From positions 14,435-78,434 of IMG/VR virus record IMGVR_UViG_3300033076_001232: a stretch of DNA of 64,000 bases. The stretch is one strand, 5' to 3'. The notes under the pieces were generated by a model. It had not been told where the DNA came from. It did not search any database and saw only the letters and a program-made list of their open reading frames with translations. Source of the stretch: a virus (lineage: Duplodnaviria > Heunggongvirae > Uroviricota > Caudoviricetes). The translations under genes and the position numbers were made by a program. Positions 17,492 to 25,468 of the stretch are shown in pieces (positions within the stretch are counted from its first letter, which is position 1; each line of letters starts with the position of its first letter).

Positions 17492-18823
17492 ATGAGAAAA
17501 GAACTCCAATTATTCAAAGACCTCGAATCCTTAACAGGAGAGGGATCACAAAAAGCCAAGCAAAAGATAATATCGGAAAATCAGGACGACCGATTTTTGT
17601 ATCTTCTGGACGTATGTTTCAATCCGTTTGTAACAACGAAGCTCCATAAGATATCTTTTAATGAGACTTTATCCGAAATGAATCCTAACATATGGCAGGA
17701 ATTCAATGGTCTCGTAGAGGAGCTAAAAACAGCCCCAGCGGCAAACGATTCACTCAGGAGAAGAGCTCAAGACTTAGTTTCCTATAGAATATCAGATGAT
17801 GATTCGGAGGATCTCCAATTAAGGGAAATTTTAATGAAGATCATCACCAAAAGGATGAATATCGGGATTGGAGCTAAACTAATCAATAAAGCTGTTGGTA
17901 GGGAATTAATACCAGATCCTTCTTTAATGCTTGCTACTGACGATCATTCTACTATTGAAAAATGGGAAACCATATACTGTGAAGAAAAATATGATGGTGT
18001 TAGAGTTATTGCACTATGGAAAGAAAATAAGTTTTCCTATTTCACTAGAGCTTTCAATGAATTGGACTCGTCATGCTTTCCAAGAACATCTGAATATTTA
18101 AAATTAGCGATAGAAAAATCAGGTATTTCCGGTGAAATTTTCTTTGATGGTGAATTAACGGATCTGAACAGGAAATCAGTAAGTGGAAAGGTAACACAAA
18201 TACTGAAAGGAAAGGTTGATTCCAGTATAGAGAATGGTATGATATTTAATGTTTTCGATTTAGAAGATGCTACAACTTTAATCACAGGTAAGGGAAAAAT
18301 TAAATACAAGGATAGAAGGAATTTACTTGAAAAAGTATTGGGACATCTACCTGACGAATCGAATGTTACCCTGGCCCAAATGTGGGAGATAGGGTCTTCC
18401 TCCGATATAACTCCAATCTACAAAAAAATAGTAGATCAGGGAGGCGAAGGAGTGATTTGCAAGGATAACGAAGTTTATGAATGCAAGAGATCTAAATCTT
18501 GGGTAAAATTCAAAGAAGTTAATGATTGCGATCTTTTAGTTACTGGATGGTATCCAGGAGAGGGAAAAAGAGAGGGGTTAATAGGTGGATTTATTCTGAC
18601 TGATCTTTCTTCTACCCTTAATGTTAGAGTTGGAGCTGGATTCACTGATCTGGACTTGAAAACTCTCAGTGAAGATCCAGATTCCCATATAGGAAAGGTC
18701 GTTGCGGTTCAATATAACGTGGTGATTACGGATAAACACGGGAATCGATCTTTATTTCTCCCAAGGTTCATCGAGGTACGTAATGACAAAAGTACTCCCG
18801 ATGATCTTTCCTCATTATTTTAG
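17492..18823 (+). CDS. lig: ATP-dependent DNA ligase
   Basis: EKYDGVR (motif I), FDGEL, FNVFD, EGVICK, WVKFK, VGAGF, LFLPRF. Confidence 0.95.
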   Translation: MRKELQLFKDLESLTGEGSQKAKQKIISENQDDRFLYLLDVCFNPFVTTKLHKISFNETLSEMNPNIWQEFNGLVEELKTAPAANDSLRRRAQDLVSYRISDDDSEDLQLREILMKIITKRMNIGIGAKLINKAVGRELIPDPSLMLATDDHSTIEKWETIYCEEKYDGVRVIALWKENKFSYFTRAFNELDSSCFPRTSEYLKLAIEKSGISGEIFFDGELTDLNRKSVSGKVTQILKGKVDSSIENGMIFNVFDLEDATTLITGKGKIKYKDRRNLLEKVLGHLPDESNVTLAQMWEIGSSSDITPIYKKIVDQGGEGVICKDNEVYECKRSKSWVKFKEVNDCDLLVTGWYPGEGKREGLIGGFILTDLSSTLNVRVGAGFTDLDLKTLSEDPDSHIGKVVAVQYNVVITDKHGNRSLFLPRFIEVRNDKSTPDDLSSLF

Positions 18824-18851
18824 AAACACTTTATAAGCATCACAGTAAAAA
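18823..18851 (+). promoter_or_regulatory. Class II promoter upstream of the clamp loader
   Basis: GAAAC-N18-TAAAAA. Confidence 0.5.
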
Positions 18852-18856
18852 AAAAT

Positions 18857-19801
18857 ATGATACAAGAATTATTGACAGAAAAGCTTAGACCGAGGGAGTT
18901 AAGACACATGATTTTACCCCCTAGGATCTATAACATCTTCGAAAACGGTTTAGGACACAATGTTTTATTAAGCGGATCCCCTGGATGCGGTAAAACCACA
19001 CTTGCTAAAATCTTAGCTGCTCCATTTCCGCATTTATTCATCAACGTTTCGGACGAGAGCTCAGTAGAAACAATTAGAGTTAAAATAAATGATTTCTGCT
19101 CCACTGTTTCTATCATGGACGGTAAGTCGTCTAAGAAAGTTGTTATACTGGACGAGTTTGATGGTGCATCAGATCAGTTTTACAAGGCTTTAAGAGGAAC
19201 AATAGAAAAGTTTGCAGGAAATGCTAGATTTATAGCCACTTGTAACTACATAAATAAAGTTCCTGATGCTATCCAAAGTAGATTTGAAGTTATAGATTTT
19301 AATCCAGTATCTAGTCAGGAGGAGGAGGATCTTAAATCAGAATGGAACAAGAGAATACGATTGATTCTAAAAAAAACTGGGATAGAAATAGACGACAACT
19401 CACTTAACCATTTCCAGAAAAACTACTATCCTGATTTTAGATCTGCCCTGAATAGAATACAGACATGGATGATAGAAGGGGTTAAAGTTGTAGATAACAA
19501 TAAGATAAATGAGTTTGGATGGTCTTATGAGGATATTTATAATCTAATTGTTACCTCCAAAGATCCGATTAAAAATTATCAGAATATCTCCAGTGAATAC
19601 CAAGGTAAGGTTGATGACGTGATGTCTGCTTTAGGTACCGAGTTCATTGATTGGATTATAAAAAATAAACCGGATCTTTCCAACATTATACCTGCTGTGA
19701 TTGTTATGGTAGCTGACCATCAATCTCAGAGAACCCAGGTAATCGATCCGATGGTTTCTTTGCTTTCTTTGGTATTCAGTATACAAAAACTAATACCTTA
19801 G
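18857..19801 (+). CDS. gp44: Clamp loader AAA+ subunit (T4 gp44 / RFC-like)
   Basis: EKLRP, Walker A GSPGCGKTT, Walker B ILDEFD, FIATCNY, IQSRF, PDFR. Confidence 0.92.
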   Translation: MIQELLTEKLRPRELRHMILPPRIYNIFENGLGHNVLLSGSPGCGKTTLAKILAAPFPHLFINVSDESSVETIRVKINDFCSTVSIMDGKSSKKVVILDEFDGASDQFYKALRGTIEKFAGNARFIATCNYINKVPDAIQSRFEVIDFNPVSSQEEEDLKSEWNKRIRLILKKTGIEIDDNSLNHFQKNYYPDFRSALNRIQTWMIEGVKVVDNNKINEFGWSYEDIYNLIVTSKDPIKNYQNISSEYQGKVDDVMSALGTEFIDWIIKNKPDLSNIIPAVIVMVADHQSQRTQVIDPMVSLLSLVFSIQKLIP

Positions 19802-19807
19802 CGAGAA

Positions 19808-20323
19808 ATGAGCTGCAAAAGAATCATAATAGTCGGAAAAGGTGGATCCGGGAAGGATCATCTGAGAAAAGAAATGGTCTCTAACGGATACCGTTATTGT
19901 GTTTCCCATACATCCAGACCAATTCGACAAGGTGAAATTGAGGGAGAGGATTATTATTTTGTTGATGAAGCATATTTCCAGCCCGACGATTTTTATGAAA
20001 TGGTAACATTTAACGGATGGTTTTACGGAACATCATTAAAGGAGTTTAAATCCTCTGATTTGTTTATCATGACACCCTCGGGGTTATCAAAAATGTTACC
20101 TCAAGACAGGGAACAATCCTATGTTATTTACATAGATATAGATGAGGATACGAGGAGGGAAAGACTATCTCATAGAAGAGATGCAGATGATGTTGAGAGA
20201 AGGCTAAAGGCAGACGAATCCGATTTTCAAAATTTTTACGATTTTGATCATAAAATAACCGATCCCAATTTTAGGTTTGAAGCAGAGTGGATAGATTTAG
20301 AAAAAATAAAGATAAATGGTTAA
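19808..20323 (+). CDS. gmk: Guanylate kinase-like nucleotide kinase
   Basis: GKGGSGKD, SHTSRPIRQGEIEGEDYYFV, FYGT. Confidence 0.85.
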   Translation: MSCKRIIIVGKGGSGKDHLRKEMVSNGYRYCVSHTSRPIRQGEIEGEDYYFVDEAYFQPDDFYEMVTFNGWFYGTSLKEFKSSDLFIMTPSGLSKMLPQDREQSYVIYIDIDEDTRRERLSHRRDADDVERRLKADESDFQNFYDFDHKITDPNFRFEAEWIDLEKIKING

Positions 20324-21452
20324 TATACTAATAGACGGGAATTACATCTTCCATAAAACTTTTGGAGTTTTTGGAGGGTATGGAAACGTGGATCCGGGTA
20401 AAATACTTAAAGATAAAAAAGAACAGGCAGCTTTCGTTAGAAAAATTTCTACTGATTTATGTGCCTCTCTTAAAATGATTCCACAAGGGGGTAGAATGAT
20501 ATTCACCTCCGATAGCAGAAGCTGGAGAAAAGATGTGGAGATTGAGGATGGAGGTTATAAATCAGGAAGAGTAAAAGACGAGAATGTTGATTGGTCCATA
20601 TTTTTTGACCTTATGAAATCCTTTGGTGATCATTTAGAAAAAATGGGATTTGTTTTTTCTAAAGTTGAGGGTGCAGAGGGTGATGATCTCTTAATGTTCT
20701 GGTCTGAGTATTTCAATTCAAAAGGTGAGAATTGTTTAATTATAACTGGAGATAAGGATTTACATCAATTAGCCAGAATTTCTTCTGATTCTTGGACAAT
20801 TATCTGGAACAATAACCAGAAAAAGAATACTCTATTTGTTCCCGATGGATGGCAAGAACTTTGGCTAGATAAGGAGGAATCAATTAGCATATTCAATATG
20901 GCTTCTGCAATATCGCCAGAGAAGGAAAGATTTAAAACTTTTCTCAAAAAAGCAACAATAGAGGAGGTCGAGAGTAGGTCCTTTGTTTTTACTAAAATAT
21001 TGACCGGAGACAAAGGTGACTCTGTTCCCAGTGTATGGGAGCAAATGTCTGGCTCACGGAATATGGGATTTACCCAAAAGAAGGCTGATTTAGTTTTTGA
21101 TTCTTTTTCTTCTTCCGAATGGTCAGATATAGAATTTCATCAAATGGTAGAGAATTCAGAATTTCTGAATTGGTTGAGCGGGATGGTATTAAGAACTGCT
21201 AAAGCTGTAGATAGCACGGAAAATAGAAATACAGTAAAGGGAAACATCATAAGAAACTTTAAGCTCTTATGGTTAGATCCTTTTATTATACCTGAATTTG
21301 TTAAGAATTCTTGTGGTGAGGAGATCGAAAGAGGAATTACGTTAGAGAAAAAATCAGTAACTCTGGATAGAATAAAAATACTAGAGGGGACAGAGTGGGT
21401 TACACCAAATTACCAACCTAAAGGATTCGATCCCTTTGAAAATCTAATTTGA
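20316..21452 (+). CDS. rnh: 5'-3' exonuclease / RNase H (T4 rnh, FEN-like)
   Basis: LIDGN, D..SWRK, YK..R, EGDD, TGDKDLHQL, LTGDKGDSVP. Confidence 0.88.
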   Translation: MVNILIDGNYIFHKTFGVFGGYGNVDPGKILKDKKEQAAFVRKISTDLCASLKMIPQGGRMIFTSDSRSWRKDVEIEDGGYKSGRVKDENVDWSIFFDLMKSFGDHLEKMGFVFSKVEGAEGDDLLMFWSEYFNSKGENCLIITGDKDLHQLARISSDSWTIIWNNNQKKNTLFVPDGWQELWLDKEESISIFNMASAISPEKERFKTFLKKATIEEVESRSFVFTKILTGDKGDSVPSVWEQMSGSRNMGFTQKKADLVFDSFSSSEWSDIEFHQMVENSEFLNWLSGMVLRTAKAVDSTENRNTVKGNIIRNFKLLWLDPFIIPEFVKNSCGEEIERGITLEKKSVTLDRIKILEGTEWVTPNYQPKGFDPFENLI

Positions 21453-21895
21453 TTATGGAATTATTTGATATAGTCAAAAATATATTCTCTCAGGATTCTA
21501 AAAAATGGTCTAATGTTTCTAGAAATGATAAGTCTAGAAACTTTTTTATGGTAAATCGGATAATGGCAATCCAATTTCCAGCTATTGCTAATCAGTTCAA
21601 TAAGCTGAAGATAAATCCGGAAGCTACGGTTGATTGGTGGAGAAATAATCTTTCCTCGAGATATTCCAAGCCTCCACAATGGATATACACGAAGGCGATC
21701 AAAAAAGGAGAAAAGGCTAAAAAGTCATCCTCTGCGTCTTGGGCAGAGGCTGAAATTTTTGTGAGAGATAGATATAATGTATCTAAAAGAGAACTTTCTG
21801 ATTTGAAAAGATTTTATCCAGAAAAATATGACAATTGGATGAAGGGAATATCAGATCAGATGGGAATAAAAAATAATTCTCGAAATGAAGAATAA
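21449..21895 (+). CDS. Probable clamp loader small subunit (T4 gp62-like)
   Basis: FFMVNRIMA..ANQFN..W..K..FVRDRYNVS pattern resembles gp62 homologues; same operon as gp44. Confidence 0.45.
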   Translation: MIMELFDIVKNIFSQDSKKWSNVSRNDKSRNFFMVNRIMAIQFPAIANQFNKLKINPEATVDWWRNNLSSRYSKPPQWIYTKAIKKGEKAKKSSSASWAEAEIFVRDRYNVSKRELSDLKRFYPEKYDNWMKGISDQMGIKNNSRNEE

Positions 21896-22457
21896 ACATT
21901 CTAAAATCATAGATAAAGTTATTTCAAGCTTGGATTGGGACGTTATCTTTGAGGTTAATAAGTGCTTCAAACATGGTGTTGGCGAGGGTACCTCTGCAAT
22001 ACCTGGAGTAAAAAGAAAACCATTTGCCGACGGCATAACCAAAAATGACATCAAAAATGAGCTAAGGTCTCTTCTGAAGTATGTTGTAGAGAATGACTAT
22101 TCTGAACTTATTTACGGTTACTGGATGATTTTTTGGAATAATTCAGATTGGGCCGAAGAGGAACTTAAGAAAATTAAGGATGAAATGGACGACGAGGACG
22201 AAGAGATAGATCTTGGTGAAATATCCATCGATAATAGTCTGGAAGTTATTTATTCTCCTCAAAGAACATTTATAGTGGAAGCAAGAAAAGCTGATGGATC
22301 ACCTGAGGGTGAGGATAAGGACGTAGCTAGTTTAGAATCTATGTTAAAAAAAGCATTAGAATCTGAGCAGTATGAGTTGGCTTCAAAAATCAGAGATGTA
22401 ATTAAGATACAGAAAAACCAGACTGATTCGGATACATACTCAGATGAAGTACATTAA
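21885..22457 (+). CDS. Hypothetical protein with C-terminal UVR (UvrB/UvrC) motif
   Basis: LESMLKKALESEQYELASKIRDVI. Confidence 0.65.
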   Translation: MKNKHSKIIDKVISSLDWDVIFEVNKCFKHGVGEGTSAIPGVKRKPFADGITKNDIKNELRSLLKYVVENDYSELIYGYWMIFWNNSDWAEEELKKIKDEMDDEDEEIDLGEISIDNSLEVIYSPQRTFIVEARKADGSPEGEDKDVASLESMLKKALESEQYELASKIRDVIKIQKNQTDSDTYSDEVH

Positions 22458-22926
22458 ATCTATAAACGAGTATTTTGACGCTGGTGCTTTCGGTGACACT
22501 TACGGATATGGCGGAGCTAATGGGGTTCTTAAAATAAACTATAAACCATTTAACGACCTTTCAGTTTCAGTTGGACCTGACCCTAACGTAGAAAGAACGG
22601 TCAAGGGATCTGAATTTCAATTAGGAGATGTTGTTATAGCCCAACCTTTGGATTCTAAGGATAAGGTAATAGGTGTTATCGTAAGATCATTTAGAAATCC
22701 TGACAATCAAGAATATAGATATTTTATTCAGGTCTACAATAGAGGAAAGAAAACCGAAAGAGTGATAGAGGTTAAATCTGATTCTATAAAGTTCGCAGAA
22801 GGTGGGGATCACGGTAATATGGAGACCAAATCCAATTACAAAAACAACGATATACCTAGTTCTGCGTTTAACTCCAAAACCGTATACAATTCAAGCGAAC
22901 TTGGGTTGGAAACAACGGGAGGATAG
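22444..22926 (+). CDS. Probable internal head protein with SH3/KOW-like module
   Basis: Leader MKYIKSINE; FQLGDVVIA..GVIV; GATACATA late-like motif at 22431. Confidence 0.5.
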   Translation: MKYIKSINEYFDAGAFGDTYGYGGANGVLKINYKPFNDLSVSVGPDPNVERTVKGSEFQLGDVVIAQPLDSKDKVIGVIVRSFRNPDNQEYRYFIQVYNRGKKTERVIEVKSDSIKFAEGGDHGNMETKSNYKNNDIPSSAFNSKTVYNSSELGLETTGG

Positions 22927-22954
22927 AAACTTAAACTCTTATTTTGGGTACAAT
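22926..22954 (+). promoter_or_regulatory. Class II promoter upstream of the UvsE-like gene
   Basis: GAAAC-N18-TACAAT. Confidence 0.65.
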
Positions 22955-22962
22955 AGATAAAA

Positions 22963-23862
22963 ATGGTATCCGCTAATAATCCATTGATTACCTATCTCGG
23001 AATACCCAAAACATGGGCAAGTTCGGGATTTAGAATCTCAACATATAAAGATCTACTGAATTTAGTTTTAGATCTATGTAAATTCAATTCATCGATACAA
23101 TGCAGGTCAGTTTGTATAGACACTGGGGAGATCGATTTCGATAAAGCTCTTTTTAATTCTGTTATAGATGAAACAGACCCTGAAACTTCAGCTATTCTTC
23201 TCGAAATACAGGAAATAATGCACCGTGAAAAAATTAGGGTTTATTTTTTAGTTACCAAGGATTATTTTCTAGGCAGCCAAATAGATGATATATTTCTTTC
23301 TAGTGTTAATTTTTTAAATTTCATGGGATGCTTCTTAGATTCTATAGGAGTCAGCTATCCTTCTATCATAGTAAGAATTGGATCTGCATATGGTAACAGA
23401 AAGGAGACAATGAGAACATTTTGTAAGAGAGTAAATGATCTGTGTGAATCTGCATCTACTAAGTTATGTGTGATGAATGACGATAAACCTAGTCTTTTTT
23501 CGATAACTGATCTTCTATCCGGGGTTTACTATGATTCGGGTCTTCCTTTGTGCTTCAGAACACTCGCACATCATTTTAATCATGGTGGTTTAACTATAAG
23601 GGAAGCTTTGTATCTGGCTTCTACGACTTGGAAAAATGGAGAGGTTCCTCTAATTATACATTCGGAATCAAAAGACATTAATGAAGCGGGGGTCTTTCTT
23701 ACCCCCTCCATATCTTCCGGATTAACAATGAGGATCCCTACTTTTGGTCTTCAGTGCGAGGTTGTTATAGATTCTACTGATCGGGAGCTTACGTATCTTA
23801 GCTATCTTAAAAACTATAAGTCTCTTCCACCAATAATAATCAACAGAGTATCCGGTAAGTAA
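22963..23862 (+). CDS. UV-damage endonuclease (UvsE/UVDE) homologue, apparently catalytically degenerate
   Basis: GSAYGNRKETMRTFC, NDDKPSLFSITDLL, GLPLCF..HHFNHGGL..EALYLASTTW, HSES follow UvsE, but metal ligands are altered. Confidence 0.7.
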   Translation: MVSANNPLITYLGIPKTWASSGFRISTYKDLLNLVLDLCKFNSSIQCRSVCIDTGEIDFDKALFNSVIDETDPETSAILLEIQEIMHREKIRVYFLVTKDYFLGSQIDDIFLSSVNFLNFMGCFLDSIGVSYPSIIVRIGSAYGNRKETMRTFCKRVNDLCESASTKLCVMNDDKPSLFSITDLLSGVYYDSGLPLCFRTLAHHFNHGGLTIREALYLASTTWKNGEVPLIIHSESKDINEAGVFLTPSISSGLTMRIPTFGLQCEVVIDSTDRELTYLSYLKNYKSLPPIIINRVSGK

Positions 23863-23894
23863 TTTTTTTATCCTGTGTTTTTATATTATCTTTG
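23861..23894 (+). promoter_or_regulatory. Class I promoter
   Basis: AATTTTTT-N18-TATCTTTG upstream of the 3'-5' exonuclease. Confidence 0.7.
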
Positions 23895-23898
23895 AATT

Positions 23899-24600
23899 AT
23901 GTTTAAAATTGAATTAATTAAGAAGTACCTCTACTTTGATGTTGAGACGGCTACTGGATGTGAATCCTATGAAATCTTGGTCGAGAAGAATCCCCGATTA
24001 GCCTCACTCTGGGAAAAAAGATGTAAATATTATAAATCTACATTTCCCGAATTATCTGATGCTTCTATATCAGAAATATACGATCAAAAGGCTCCGTTAG
24101 AACCTGAATTTGCTAGAGTTGTTTGTGTTTCTTTTGGTTCATTTGATGAGGATAATATGGAGAGATTTATTTCATTCTCCGGTCCTGACGAGGTTGATAT
24201 CTTGAATAAAGCGAATAAGGTTCTAAATAATGCCTTTGCTAAAAACTGGAAATTGTGCGGTCATAATATCAAAGCATTCGATGTACCATGTTTAGGTAAG
24301 AGAATGTTATACAATTCGATAAATCCATCTGGAAATATCCAAATATGGGATAAGAAGCCTTGGGAAATTCCTTACGTTGATACCTCTGAAGTTTTTTCTT
24401 TCGGTAGCTGGGTTCAACAGAAATACCTAAGTCTTGATCTAGTTTCTTGCATGCTTGATGCAGAGTCTCCTAAAATTTCTATGGATGGATCTCAGGTAAG
24501 CAGTTTTTTCTGGAAGGATCAGGATTACACCAAGATTGGTGAATATTGCGAGAATGATGTTAGGACAGTGATGGAGATCATGAAAAAGTCCTGTTTCTAG
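23899..24600 (+). CDS. DEDD 3'-5' exonuclease (PolB proofreading-like)
   Basis: FDVET, PEFARVVCVS, GHNIKAFDVP, SLD, YCENDV. Confidence 0.85.
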   Translation: MFKIELIKKYLYFDVETATGCESYEILVEKNPRLASLWEKRCKYYKSTFPELSDASISEIYDQKAPLEPEFARVVCVSFGSFDEDNMERFISFSGPDEVDILNKANKVLNNAFAKNWKLCGHNIKAFDVPCLGKRMLYNSINPSGNIQIWDKKPWEIPYVDTSEVFSFGSWVQQKYLSLDLVSCMLDAESPKISMDGSQVSSFFWKDQDYTKIGEYCENDVRTVMEIMKKSCF

Positions 24601-24625
24601 AAGTTTACTCAAACAGTCATTATAT

Positions 24626-24662
24626 AAAGCTTTTCTTTGATATATAGAGAAAAGCTTTTTTT
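24626..24662 (+). terminator. Terminator hairpin with the late promoter motif in its loop
   Basis: AAAGCTTTTCT (24626-36) pairs with AGAAAAGCTTT (24648-58); T run follows; GATATATA in the loop. Confidence 0.65.
24639..24646 (+). promoter_or_regulatory. Late promoter motif GATATATA upstream of the nucleotidyltransferase
   Basis: Recurrent motif. Confidence 0.6.
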
Positions 24663-25460
24663 GTGGCCAGAGTTTTAGATTACATATCATTCAATTCGGG
24701 GATCAATGAATCAGAAACCCCATACTATCACGAAAACCTTAATCCGGTCTTTTGGGAAAAAAAGAAGGATAGAAAGGGAGATGTGAAATGGGTTTTCGAT
24801 CAGAGGGTTCGTAGAAAATTAATCAGAATAGCCAAAGAGTTTTACTCTAAGTACGAGGATATACTTGGACAGAGAGCAATAAAAGATATAATTTTAACTG
24901 GCTCACTTGCTAATTTCAACTATACCAAATATTCAGATTTGGATGTTCATGTTTTAGTTAACATGGAAGGAATAGATGATGACAATCCAAAGATTCTAAA
25001 GTCTGCAGTAGACGGGGTTAGATTTATTTGGAATCTCAGGCATGATATTAAAATCAGAAATTATGATGTCGAATTATATCTTCAGGATGAAAATGAAGAG
25101 CATACAGCATCTGCAATATTCTCCCTTCTTAATAACGAATGGATAAAAAAACCAGTATACGATCTCCCAGAAATTGACGATCAGCAGGTTCAGAGAAAAT
25201 ACGAAGCAATTGTTTCTGATATTGAGAATATGCACACTAGATTGATGATTTCTGGAAATATGACATCCAACGCAAGACAGCTCCATAAGAGATGCGAAAA
25301 GATAAAAAGCAAGATTTTTAAAATGAGGAGGGAATCTCTCTCCAAAGATGGAGAGATGTCGATAGGTAATCTAGTGTTTAAAAAGCTTAGAAACGAGGGA
25401 TATATAAAGCAGTTAATAGATATTATTTCTAAATCCTACGACAAAATTTACACAGAATAA
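24663..25460 (+). CDS. Pol-beta superfamily nucleotidyltransferase with capsid-targeting-like leader
   Basis: LTGSLANFNYTKYSDLDVHVL (GS..DxD) and a third acidic residue in DVELY; leader MARVLDYISFNSGINES. Confidence 0.8.
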   Translation: MARVLDYISFNSGINESETPYYHENLNPVFWEKKKDRKGDVKWVFDQRVRRKLIRIAKEFYSKYEDILGQRAIKDIILTGSLANFNYTKYSDLDVHVLVNMEGIDDDNPKILKSAVDGVRFIWNLRHDIKIRNYDVELYLQDENEEHTASAIFSLLNNEWIKKPVYDLPEIDDQQVQRKYEAIVSDIENMHTRLMISGNMTSNARQLHKRCEKIKSKIFKMRRESLSKDGEMSIGNLVFKKLRNEGYIKQLIDIISKSYDKIYTE

Positions 25461-25468
25461 ACTGAGAT

